Positions 33,881 through 47,200 of a stretch of DNA of 64,000 bases are shown here, piece after piece. This DNA comes from the human T2T-CHM13v2.0 reference genome, Homo sapiens, in the NCBI RefSeq assembly GCF_009914755.1, contig NC_060927.1, one strand, 5' to 3'. Position 1 is the stretch's first letter. Every line of letters starts with the position of its first letter. Made by a program: the position numbers and the translations under genes. Under the pieces are notes generated by a model. The model saw only the letters and a program-made list of their open reading frames with translations. It did not search any database and was not told where the DNA came from.

Positions 33881-36800
33881 GTCTCTCAATATCTATTACA
33901 CGAAGACCTTAAAAATGATTTGGGAGAGTGGAAGTAGCCCTTACTGAACACCTAACTCCATGGTGTTTCACACCTTCCACCTCATTTAAAGATAAATATA
34001 AGTATTAGGTTAAATTCATATTGAAGTTTTGTCTTTTCAAATTTCGATATATACTTGTTTTAACCTTCCCCTTTCAGGACCAGATTGATTATTTGTAGAT
34101 ATTATGCATAATTTAGGATCTATTTATGTTATATATATGAGTTTTCACTCATGAAATTACGGCGTGTAAGAAATACCACTTTCCTTTACACCATTTCTTT
34201 TTTCGTTGAAATTAAGTCTAGCTCTGAACTGTGATCTCTATCTCCCTGGGTTGAGAGAAATAACAGGCATTACTGGGAATCCAGGACTACATGCCCCAGC
34301 TCCCTCTCTTTCCTGACCTTACCTCAATGTGAGGTCCTGTACAGTCTAGTATTCTCAGACAGGCTATGCATTCTTCATGCTTCAGTCACCGCTGCTCACT
34401 GCTGATGTGATCATTGTCTATGCTTGCAAGAGCTCTTAAGACAGGTACTCCAGGGGTTCTGTGCTTGCCTTGGATATAGGCTTCCTTGTCTATGCCCTCC
34501 AGGCTCCCATGCCCTTGAGGACCTGATGTCTGCAGGGCTATTGTGAAAGAACAGGCTACCTACCCAGCTACCTGTGGAGCTGCACACTGCCTGCCACTTC
34601 AATCTTGAGGAATTTTTTTCTCTGCCCTCCATCACCATTTTTGCTTACCTACCATCTTCAGAATCACACCTCTTGTCTCCCTCTCTAGCATATCTCCCTC
34701 AATCAGTGTTGGCTTATGAGTTTTAACAGTTCTGAAAATACATTTACTTTAAACAACTTCTATTTTGGCTTGTATTACAACTCTACCAAGAATAAGGCAA
34801 CGAAAGGCCAGGAAACTCTTAGGTGGTGGTGTAGGTCTAAGGGCAGGGGTAGGCAGGGTTGTGTTTATGCAAAGAAGAGAAAAAGATTTGTCACATTTAG
34901 TATCATTAATACATATAATCATTTATAATTATGTATATTAATAAATTACTTATAATTAATAAAAATAAAGAAGGTACTGCTTGTTTGGATACCAATTTTG
35001 AGAATAATCCAACTGATTGTTAACTTTTAGTCTTAAAATGATATACACTATTTTTAGAAAATCTTAATCAGCCTAATACTTCTTATAATCAACCTAAATA
35101 GGACTGAATTATTACATCGAAATTCTAACTTCCAACTAAATCTTCATTACAATTCTTTTTCTCTCTTCTACTTACTTCCCTTCTACTCCAAGTAATTTTA
35201 AGTATGCATACATCTTATTTGTAAATTATCATCCTAGTTTTTCCTACATTTTCATACATATCAATTAAAATTTTTGATTTAAAAGGTCATGCAATTAAAA
35301 TAACACATTTCTCAGAAGCACACCATTCTGCTCTGCAAATATCTTTGTAGGAGAAATTGGAAATTGACAAATACATTCACTTAAATTTTGCTTTGTGCTG
35401 AAAATTGAGGAAAAATTTAAATTGGCCATTTGCACATTATTAGTAGTAAATCAACCCATGTAAAGATGGAAACTATGGTCATTTCAAAAGTGATTTTCAT
35501 TTTTGGTAAGTGGGTCCTACAGCATTATGTCCTCATATTTGTGAGTTATTGCACCCTGGCTAGTATTTTCATTGCTGCCTTATGTTTATTTGCTGCAAAT
35601 CCCTCTCAAAACTGTGTGCATTGGTTATAATGCTAATGAGGAAGATAATTCAAACTAAAATTCAAATCATAATAGCTTTAGGATTTTAGAGAGATAGTAT
35701 AAGGTTAACTCATTTTCAGCATGTGCAGACTTAATTATGCATGGGATGAAATACAGTAGGCAAGTCTCAGCCTAATAATAAATAATTGAAAAATATAACC
35801 TGTACAATATTTAAACTGGCTTTAATATTACTTAATTATCACATTATTCTTTTTCATTCATCATTTCTTTTCCAATTCTCTCACCCTACCATTAAGACAG
35901 TAATGATTTTATAAGATGTAGATCCGGTATTAAGTTTTGCTTGCTCTACTGTCTCAAATTATTATAACTTCTTTGTTATTACTGGCTTGTTTCTGTTTGT
36001 CTTTCACAAGTCTTTGACTCAGTAGTAGTAGCAAATGACAGAGATCTTCAAGTGTCTTAATGCTTGTCAATATAATATTATTCCACTTGATAGGATGTGT
36101 CCCCAGATACATTACAGAGTTTAATCGTTGATCACTCTGCCCACAGTCTAATTGTGATAACAAACTAATCGCAGCTGTTACAGAGATGCCAGTTAAGTAA
36201 TCCGTGTTTCAGCTGAGTTTCTCAATGGCAGCTTTATTTTATAGGGCCATCTCTGACGAGATTCATTTGGCAGATATTTTTCTAACAAATGTTCGTCCCA
36301 GATGCTGCTAGTATTTAAACAGGATATGCTAAGATTTAGATAGAAATATAAAATCCTTGGATATTTTAAAACCTAGAATTCTAAAATAATCCCATAGAAA
36401 GAACAGTAGTTCTGCATATGGGAAAGTGCCTTGTACTTGGTAAAATAAGTTAAATTTTCAATATTTACATGTCAAAGAGAACAAGGACTATCTATATATG
36501 CAACATTTATTTTTGCTTATCATGGTTGAACAATTGTCAGCATCAGTGCTAACACCCCATATGTGATGTATGTATTTTCACTCTCTCCCACTCAAGGTTT
36601 TTATTGAACTCTAATTAGCAGTTTCTTGCGTGTGAAATTTTGTAGAACATTTGCTACTCCCAGAAGTCTTGAAGGTCTAAACCAGCAATGAAAACCACTC
36701 TGATTTCCTAGATACTGTGAAGTAAACCAATTTGATACTTATAAGAAATTATATTCCCCCTTAATGCTTTTCCTACATTTTAATTTCAAACTAAGGAAAG

Positions 36801-37442
36801 GCACAAATTTCACTTTTTTATGTATAATTTATTGCTTGGCATCCCTCCAAATACAAATCCTGTATGAATAATTACAACCCCTTTCATGTTTATATGGTTG
36901 CTGCTACAATGAACAGGAAAATAAAGCAAAAGGAATGAAAATGAATGTTTGGGTTTCATTATATTGTTAAGTCAGTTTTGTACATTGAATTATTTAGTAT
37001 TTAATAATAAATATCTTTAGTAAGTTAATATGTGCCTGATATAAAGAAAATGTTAAGGCATTCATAAGTTAAAGTCAGAAATAGCAAAACGACCAGATGG
37101 TTAGTAATCAGATTAAAACAAAACAAATTACAATATTATTTTTAAAAGAATTAAGTGGATTTAAATTACTTCCAAAATACTTTTGTTTATAGGCAACAAT
37201 TAAGAGAAACAAAGTGTACCAGCACACAGTTAAACTGGCTTTTATTCTTCACTTGAGACTAGTTCTAATTGATCACTGTGCTATTGTATGATTTGATTGT
37301 GCTGACAGTTACATGCCACTGTTCCCATAATAACAATTTTTCTTCTTTGTTCAAATGAATTTTCTAATTACACGTGTGATGGGATGTTTTAATTCTTTTC
37401 CCTTTTCAAATCCACCTTCCTGTTGCAATGCATGATGGGCAG

Positions 37443-37478
37443 GCTCAATATTGTGCATGACACCCGCTACAAGTGTTG
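37443..37478 (+). CDS. MBNL1: MBNL1 exon 7 (36 nt cassette; dimerisation-associated)
   Basis: ggcag|GCTCAA...GTGTTG|gtaggt; phase 1-1, (G)SILCMTPATSV. Confidence 0.95.
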
Positions 37479-38167
37479 GTAGGTGCCAGCTTTGTTTCTT
37501 GATTATCTTAAACCTATGGTGTACCTCACAGCCCCTCAAAATCCACTGCTAAGTTTAACTTATATCTATTGGGCAAGTCCATTTCCCTTTTACTAACACT
37601 TGTCAATTAAATGCCATTTTCTGTTTAATTGACATGGACTCACATAAGTGTTTTCTTTACACACAACAGTTTCCTTTAGTCACCTTTGGTGGATTTTGAT
37701 TGGACTATGAGTTCTGGTGTGTAAAAAAAATCTATTTCATAAAAGTAATATACTGTATATTTTTATAATAGTAAATGAGAAAAAAATACTTTCATTCAAA
37801 CAGATAACTGTATATATGAAGTAAATACTTGTATTTTGACTTAGATTTTGAATGTCTGACTATGAACACTATATAAAATTCTTGTTTTTGACTTAGCATA
37901 TTAAGCCTGTTTGTGTCAATTTTCTTGATTTGATGGTAACAAGCTTTTTTCCCCCTTTTTTTTCTCTTTCATCCCTCCTCCCCTTCTCTCCTTGGAATGT
38001 TGTCCTGCTTTGCGCTGTGATTGCATGTCACTCGCTGGTGATGATGTCCTGTCACATGGCTTATTGCTGTGATAAATACCATGCCCAATTATCTCTTCCA
38101 TGTTGCCATGGTTTCCATATTGCTACACTCTTCTGTATGTTCGCTTATATGATTTTCCCTCCGAAAG

Positions 38168-38262
38168 TTCCCATGGTGCACGGTGCTACGCCAGCCACTG
38201 TGTCCGCAGCAACAACATCTGCCACAAGTGTTCCCTTCGCTGCAACAGCCACAGCCAACCAG
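38168..38262 (+). CDS. MBNL1: MBNL1 exon 8 (95 nt cassette)
   Basis: gaaag|TTCCCATG...AACCAG|gtttgc; [32 protein letters not shown]. Confidence 0.96.
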
Positions 38263-40030
38263 GTTTGCTAATTTACAGCTTTGTTTCTTAAAAAACAACT
38301 CTAATAGGGCTCAATCCAACAGCCCTTACGCACGTGGATTTCCCATTGAGGTCAGTGGGAATCGTGTGTACGTGAGGGCTGTAGAGGGTGCTTTAATAAG
38401 CATGGGGTTTCAAAGATACCTCTTGTTGGCCTACACATTCTCTCTATGATGAGCAGCAGAATGCTTTTATGCCATTTATAAGTGCTCCAAAGTCGTCGCA
38501 GCTCCATTTCTGAAGCTACTAAAATGATATTTACACAAGCAATTCTCAATTGGTTTCAACCAATCGTGCAGGTATTTTGACCAATCAAAAATAGAGGCCA
38601 TTTTAAGGTTTTTATTTAAAATATTTGGTATATACAGTTTCTTAGTTCTTGCCTAAATGATTAATAGAAAGTAAAATACTTAAATGTATTACGTATGCCA
38701 CAAATGACCACTCTTGTAAATAAGTTTGTTATAAATTCATTATAATCTGAATCATTTAATGAGCAGATTCAAAATAAATTGTTTGCATGTAGCATTTCTA
38801 AGCTTTTATTCTCAATGCTTTCAGTGAAAGAAAAATCCTAAGCGCTCTTATTTTTATAATTACCCTGCATAAATGTTGGAGATTTATGAAGGAAAAGAAA
38901 AGAAATTAAGTATGGCAAATTGACAGTCATTCTGTATTCCATGCAAATTTATTGCAGGATACTTTTAAGTGAAAGGGATTTGTTTCATAAATTTAAATTT
39001 TATGATATACAATAATAACTATTTAAAAATAAATGATGATTTAAAATATTTAAAATTTAAAAATTGACATTTATTCACCCAGCATTTTCTGATTCTACTT
39101 AAAAATATTTTCTAGAAAATACTGGTTGATTTCAAGTTTCATTTATGTAGATTTGGGCTTCAATAGAGTTGATAGTGTATGAAAAACATAGAGCCAAGCC
39201 ACATTTCAGATAATCCACAGAGGAAGATTAAAGGTAGCCAAATGAATCTCAAAAGAATGAGTGTCAGATGAAAATGAACATGTTCCCCCTTGGGAAGGGA
39301 AGACCAATTAAGACATAGATTTGTTGTTATTACTGTGAGGAGTAGCCACCCTTGTTCTATAATACATCACGTACTGTTGATGAAGAACATTCAGCTATTA
39401 GTACAGCCATTAAAAACTTTCAAAATCAGAACACAAAAATGAATTTAACGTTTCAGTCAAGCTTTAAACATTTCTTGGCAAAGAATCATTAATTTTTCAG
39501 AAGCTTGTCAAAATAGCCCTGGGTTTACATGAACACGTCAGACTCATTTACAAGAATGCTAGATTGTGCATATGTGGCATGTTAATAAGTAACCTTTGGT
39601 AGAACTATTATGATGGATTCAATACAATCCATCTATGGTGCAAATCAATGATAAAGAACTCTCATGCGTCTACCATGTATGACTGTAGAATTGCTGGTGT
39701 AAGCAGAACTATAGCAGAGCAAATTTCAACATGCCCTTGGCCACCTGGGTTGTAGGGGACACTTTACTTTTTGCATTGTGCTGTGACCATTTCATGCATA
39801 ATCTTGGATCTTCATACTATTTGACAACCAAAAGAAAGAAAAGGGAATGGATATATATATACACACATATATTATATCTACATATACATACATATGTATA
39901 TGCCTACAGTACATTAGCAATGCTGGAAATAGCTGATGCCACAAAATGCAGCCTGCATGCATGCAGAAGTTTATAGCTGGCCCTTCATCTGCATCGATTG
40001 GTGTTGAAGGTCCTTGGTATGTTTCGACAG

Positions 40031-40094
40031 CCCCATCCTTGATGCTTCTACACTGTTGGGTGCAACATCCTGTCCTGCAGCAGCAGGAAAAATG
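40031..40094 (+). CDS. MBNL1: MBNL1 exon 9 (64 nt minor cassette)
   Basis: cgacag|CCCCATCC...AAAATG|gtatga; frame PILDASTLLGATSCPAAAGKM is as I recall from a minor MBNL1 isoform. Confidence 0.85.
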
Positions 40095-40289
40095 GTATGA
40101 GAAGCTTCATTATGCTTGGAGCACATTTTCGTGCCATTTGCCAATGCTGTAAAATTGTGTAAAAATGTCAGCTGAGAACTGGAAATAAAACAGGGACATA
40201 TTAATATACACGCCAGACTGTGGATTGTAGTATGTTGAATTAGCCTAAGATGTCTAAATTGAAAGAACAGCAACAAAATGCCTTTGTGT

Positions 40290-40470
40290 ATCTGATTTCA
40301 TTATTCTCCCAACAACATTGCTGAAATGGGATTAGTATCATTTTATAGAAGAGACTTAAGCATAGAGTAATGAGTTGCTTTGCTCAGGGTCACACAGCCA
40401 GTAAATGGATCTCTGGGGCTAGCACCCGTGTCATCAGTCCTCTGACAGTCTCAATCCATTGTGCTGCCTC
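40290..40470 (-). mobile_element. MIR
   Basis: cattttatagaagagac...tttgctcagggtcacacagccagtaaatgg. Confidence 0.65.
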
Positions 40471-41171
40471 TCTCAGGTTAGCAGGCATTAATTTCAGGTT
40501 GAAGAATCAAGCTACAAATCCGAAGTTCTTAACTTTGGGAACTATTGAAATAAGTCAACTCTATATTGGTTTCTTATTGTATTTTCTCTCAAGTTCTCTA
40601 ATTCTCTTGCCCATTTAAAATACAATAAAAGGTGTCATCAGGATTCAGAAATATGTTCTGAAGTAAACTTAGGCTCTTACCTAGTTCTTTTGAATTACTG
40701 CTTTATAATTCTTACCTGGTATTTTTAATTTGGAAAAAAAAAGTTAGACACCCTAATTTGAACGAAAATGTTAGAAATTTGGTTGCACAAAAATAGGCAA
40801 GACATTTCCTTATCTGATTTCTGGATGATTACTAAGTAACTGAAACCACGGGGGTGCGTGTGTGTGTGTGTGTGTAGGCCAACAAAAAGGGCTTCTTTCA
40901 ATTACTGCTCTGCATGAATTTTTGATAGTTTTACTTATTTCCTAAAAGCTGGTAACATTTATAGAATAGTATTTAACATGAAGATTTTAAAGTTAGTTGC
41001 TACTTTGGCATTTAAGTTTACATTAACTTACTGTTATGTTGACCAGATAAGGACTATCACCTCACAGCTGAATTTCACTTTTCTTTAAAAATTTAATATT
41101 AAAATGTTTTCATCTCTTAATTGTTGGCTTGCTTGCATGGATCATTCATTAAATAATTTTTTATTTGCTAG

Positions 41172-41228
41172 ATACCCATAATATCTGCCGAACATCTGAC
41201 TAGCCACAAGTATGTTACCCAGATGTAG
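41172..41228 (+). CDS. MBNL1: MBNL1 exon 10 coding part (exon 41172-41246, 75 nt), main stop codon
   Basis: gctag|ATACCC = IPIISAEHLTSHKYVTQM*; donor AAACA|gtaagt at 41246/41247. Confidence 0.97.
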   Translation: MPIISAEHLTSHKYVTQM

Positions 41229-41533
41229 AATTTTCATCACTAAACAGTAAGTTCATTATGTAATATATAGTTGCATATTTGTGGTGGTTTTTTTTAAGAT
41301 AGCAATTGTATAGTGCACTTAAAATTTTGCGAAATCTCTGAGAAAATATATACAGATCACATTTTTATCTTAAATGGGTGTGAGGAATTTTATCAGACAT
41401 CTTTATAACAAATATGTTAATATCACTTAAATATACAAAGTACTAAGAGAAAATAAATTTTTTAAATTTCTGATTAGAGATAAACACAGCATAAAGAAAA
41501 TGTATGACCAAAAAGTAATTAGAAGGTGTAGAT

Positions 41534-41754
41534 CAAGGGTTGGCAAACTTTCTTATAGGGTCAGACAGTAAGTATTTTTGCTGTGTGGGCCGTATCGTTT
41601 CTGTTGCAGCTACTCTCCTCTGCCATTGTATCATGAAAGCAGCCAGAGACCACATGTAAACAAATGGGTGTAGCTGTGTTCCAGTAAAACTTTATTTACA
41701 AAAACAGGCAGTACATCACATCTGGCCCACAGGCAGTAGTTTGGCTGACCTCTG
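41534..41754. mobile_element. MER58A DNA transposon
   Basis: caagggttggcaaacttt...ctgtgttccagtaaaactttatttacaaaaacaggc...; 8-bp TSD gtgtagat at 41526-41533 and 41755-41762. Confidence 0.9.
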
Positions 41755-41872
41755 GTGTAGATTATCACTTTTTTTTTTTTTTTTCATTCTTTGGCTAAAC
41801 CTTAAATGGGACCATGTACTTACTTCATCCCATGCACCACCATACACAGGGGCATTAGAATGTAATGAGTTT

Positions 41873-42204
<332 letters not shown>

Positions 42205-42359
42205 TCAAATATATGTGTACACACAAATCTACATATTCAAATGAATCTTAGTTACTTTAAAGTAGTTACCTCAGAGGATCATATAATTCTGAAAATGTTG
42301 CCATTGCCACATTTTAAAAATGGTTTGAAAGTCTTGTATTTTGTCTTTAAAAACACTGT

Positions 42360-42530
42360 GGTGGTGGGGTCGGGGGAGGGGGGAGGGATAGCATTGGGAG
42401 ATATACCTAATGCTAGATGACACGTTAGTGGGTGCAGCGCACCAGCATGGCACATGTATACATATGTAACTAACCTGCACAATGTGCACATGTACCCTAA
42501 AACTTAAAGTATAAAAAAAAAAACAAAAAA
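42360..42530 (+). mobile_element. Very short 5'-truncated young L1 (L1HS/pre-Ta-related 3' end)
   Basis: Near-identical to the L1HS 3'UTR end as I recall it; ACG at 42422-42424; poly(A); TSD ~aaaaa(c)cactgt. Confidence 0.92.
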
Positions 42531-44285
42531 AAAAACCACTGTCTTAAATACTTAAAAAGGTGTCCATTTTTCATCCATAGGAATATGTTTTGTCCAGTAT
42601 GCATGCATTCAAGTTATAACATGTGCTCAGATGCTTGTTATTTATTTTTATATTTAGAAAGAGACATTACATTTAAAACTGAAATTGGTTAAGATGGGTG
42701 ACCATTCTTTGTTGCTTCCTTTATTTATTTATTAACATATTTACAAATGAGTTTTTGGTGCTACTTTGTGTTAGTTACCATGGCAAGGAGATAAAGGTAA
42801 ATAGATAATAAGATAAAGATGTAAGGAATTTCAGGATAATATAGTAAAATAAGAGAGGTTTGAAGAAATTTCTCTTAGAGCAAAGATGAAGGAGCAGCTG
42901 TTCCCAACAGGATCCGTAAACAAATGAATGTGGACAATGAAGGTGTTGTTCTAAAGAGAATGGAGGTGTAAAGGCCTTGTAAAAGAAGGACAGTGTGCCA
43001 AGTCAGGAAACGATGATGGCTGAGAACCAACTCAGAAACCCTTGTGATGTTAATCTGTAGCAAAGCTGGACAAAGTCAAAGCCCATGCAGGAGAACAGGC
43101 AGAATTCAATAGCCATTTAAGAAAGAAATGAGAGGCTCAACTGGAGAAGTACTGCCAAAGATATGCTGCAATCGTGAATTATTAAAATTGATTTTTGTCT
43201 ATTTCATAAGTTTTCTCAAAGCAGTTCTGATAAAAAGGTTCAGATTCTGAACAATAGCCACATTTGTAGAAGAAGAGGCATTACTTTGCAGTGTTGTAGG
43301 TTTAGAAGAAGAGGTTTTTTTGACATGCCAGAAAAATCTGTTTCAAGCTCTTATAGTCAATTAGGTGTGTTTGGTATGTATATATTTAACTAAATTCTGT
43401 TTCTTAGCAATAATCCAGGTTGAAAAAAATTTCTAAAAATAATTAGCAAACCAGTAGTTTTGTCTGTATTGAAGCTAAGCTTTTAATGTTCTGTTCATTT
43501 AACAAATGATTGCTCATCTTCATGAGGAGTTGCAACATTTAAACTGGTTTTTGAGTCACTAGATTATGATTTCTTTCATTTTCAAGGTTGTATTGTGAAG
43601 CATACTTTTAATATATGTAAATATTCGCTGCTGAGAACAAATTTCATGTAAAAACTGGAACTGTTAATCCACAAGTACATTGTAATGTCTATTACAGCTT
43701 AATTCATGAGTAATAATTCTGTAATTCAAAAAGAATGATTTTTATTTTCTTAGTTTTAGGTGAAAAAAGTTCAACAAACTGAATTACCCAAAGCCATCAC
43801 TTAAAGTATCATTCTTTTTTTTTCAAACATGCATTATGCTAATCAAGCACCCAAAAAGAATAAATCTTGTTTAATAGAACATATTACATGAATTTTAATT
43901 TTGTAGACCAGACCTTTACTCTTGAAACCTTATTAAACTTCAGAAAAGAAGTTTAAATTTTGCCCTACAACAATTGTGCTAAAAAAGAGCTCTGTATATT
44001 AGGCCCCCTGATTCTGCAAATGTATTTTATACTTTTAGTTTAGGATTGGTAAATTTTGGAGCACATTCTACAGTTTTATTAAATTGTACGTGTTATTTCA
44101 TTCGTGTAGAGATGATAGACAAATTTTGATCTGTCTACTCTTGTAAAATGGTTTTTGTTTTTATATGAAGATATAATGTAAATATACTGGTTAATCAAAA
44201 AGAAAATTTTCATATTAAATGTATATTAGAAACTGCTTTTAGATATTACCTGTTCTAACAAAGCTTATCTCTTTTTCCCTTGTAG

Positions 44286-47200
44286 ATCATGCTAAAGAGG
44301 AAAGGACAGTGTGCTTGGTTAGAGTAAAGGACGAGGTCATTAGCCATATTGTATATATCGTCAAGCAACACACACAAAAGTTCCTCAGCCACAAGACATC
44401 CACATATTGCATGTTAACCAGAAGAAAAGACAACATTTTCCGGAAATCCACTGCACACTGTTGCCTATACACTTTGTACATTTAATTGATATTTGTGCTG
44501 AGGTGATATTCCTGTCTAAAAGAACAACATTGTCTTTCTTTTCTAGCACAGAGTTATGCATTCAAAGATGCATACCTAGTTAGTTTCCTATATATTCATG
44601 CCATCTTGAAAAGACAGACTATGGTGTAACCATGATTCTATTATGTATTGGTACGTCTGTAGACCAAGATATAATTTTTTAAAAATAAGTTTATTTCTTT
44701 CAAGGTTTACAAATAACAAAGGTGCACCTTGTATTTAAAATTGCCATTATAGATGAGAGCGTGCATGCACAGTCATTTTTGTTTAAGAGTAATATTTTTA
44801 ATGTAATAGATTGTAAGACGTGGTGAGGGAGGGATCTGACAGAGATGAATGTGCCAAGCAAAACCACAACTGTGTATATTTTAAAGCACATCATGGCTTT
44901 AAGTACCATGTTGTTAAGGATTCTCATGAAGTGCCATAGACTGTACATCAAATTAGAGTATTATTTCTTCAGTGTTATTGTTTTCAGAGCCACATTTTGT
45001 TGCATATTTGCTAGTACTAATCAGTCAAAGGGCACCATTCTTTTTTTTTTTTTTTGAAACCAAAGCTGTCTCAGAAATGGCCAATTTAACTTTACAGTAA
45101 CAATAGACAGCACAACACAAACTCTCTCAATACAGATAAACTCACACATACTGGAGATATATATATAATAGATATATATAAAATTATTTTAATGCATTGT
45201 AGTGTAATATTTATGCATACTATACTGTATAACATGTTATTCAAAAGGGATTGCCATTTCTGAGACACAGTAACAAAAAAATGAGGAAATTATTTTGCTT
45301 CTATTTATAGCCTCTGTCAAAAGTCAAAAGACTATAAATGCTTTGCAAAAATGGTTTCACGTTTGCTTAAATGCTTCATCACAGTCACATTCAAAATAGT
45401 GACTCTAAACAAAGAAGAAAGCAGCACTGTCATCAGATGCATGATAAACCAAAATATGAAAATGGGAAATGTTTAATTAACCTAGTAATTGGGTGGGTTA
45501 AGTACATGGGTGAATTTTATATGTGATTTTTGTTTTGTTTTGTTTTGTTCAGATTAACTGCTTATAGCCTTAGAAAGCCTTTTACAAAATTAAAAAAAAA
45601 ATAGATGTGCATTCAGTTTTTAAGAATGGAATCATCCAAAGGAATTCCTTTTTTTGAGGTTTGGATGTTGCAGCTAGTAAAGGATATTTTTGCTCTGTTC
45701 AGCAGTTCTAAAAATTGCTGAAGTAGGGGCCAGGTCACTGGTAGTTATAGTATGGAATGGGAGAAGTGAAAGTTCAGTTATAGAACTTTCCATACTTCCA
45801 AGTTTACTGCAAGTTTTTATGCTTGAGAGAGATGCTTTCTAATATAAGACTGATGTGTTGATTTTACTGATTGTACTGTACATCTATTAAAGCCTTAGAT
45901 TATTACATTACGGGTTGGAACCCATACCAATGTAATTTCAATCGTGTTAAGAAAGTAATGGTGACTTCACATGTTATTGTAGTTAGTTACATTATAGAAT
46001 ATTACTTATTTTTCTTGTTAAAATGTAGTTTTTCATTTCCTACATTTATTAGATTTTCATTTTCTATTAACAATTGAATACCATTTCAGTTTATAGACTT
46101 GTTTTATTAGATTTTACCAATGAATTTTTCAAAATACAAAAAAAAGTAGTTTTTCCTTCATAACATACTCAGTTTTGAATTACATGTAGTGTCACATGAA
46201 TATTCGTATTGTTAACTAAATGATTTATATTTTACTGATTTAATATTACAGTGTAAGAATGTCAGTCATTGTTAGTTCTTGTCTAGTTTTCATTAAAAGA
46301 ACAAAGATCTTTTATATGGATATCTTATAAATATATAATCATTGCTAAGTAAGAAGTTAAGTTGTTGCTATCGCAACAATCCTGGCAGACAATTGAGTAA
46401 TATTTTGATGATTTATTTTGTTTGTAATTAGTTATTATAAGAAGATCTAGATCCTAGATATTAGAATAAAATTTATTTTCTACTGTATCCATTTCAAATG
46501 TTAAAATATTGTTTAATATTTTTGAAATCCCTGAGTATCAGGCCTTGTTATAAATAAGCTGCATAATCAATAAATAGAACAAGGGACTTTTTGTTGATAA
46601 TCCAAATACTCAAAGTTTACGTAATGAAAATTATAGCGTGTGTGCAAACTCTTGAGGGTTGATTATGCTGCAATTTAGCATGTTGGAACGTCTAGGGAGA
46701 AGGTTGACTTTTTGCACTTCTGTATATAGTCAAAAGAGAGAAACCTGTATAATAGTAAGATCTTATTTTGAATAAAAACGTCTATAATTACAAGGAGTTT
46801 TGTTAAGGCTAATACAATGACAGACTGAGCAAAATTGCTTGCAAAAGTGGCACAGAGTTAGCACTCCATACCCCTTCAAACATGTTGCTTTGCTTTCTTG
46901 TGGACAGCTTGTAGTTTGCCAGGATTTTTTCAGCTGGAAAGATACGCCATCCTTTCAAACCCTCATGACTGACAAAAACTCCATGGGGCCAAATCTGCCT
47001 GAAGATCATTACCAAAAATAGCAGGTACTTCTACCATTAAGGTGAAATCATGGATCAGATATTCCTTACATTTTTCAAAACTACTGCATGTTTAAAACTT
47101 CAACAAAAAAAGAGAGAAAGAACTATACTAAGAACATATATTATTCAGATCAGTTTCTGCCAATTTCAGTGGTTTATTGTTCACAAAAAAATCTTCAAAA

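Noticed and set aside
41232-41247. Exon 10 3' end (tcatcactaaacag) resembles the exon 6 acceptor (tcattcactaaacag)
   Set aside because: A short AT-rich match that is likely chance. The site is fully explained as the AAACA|gtaagt donor.
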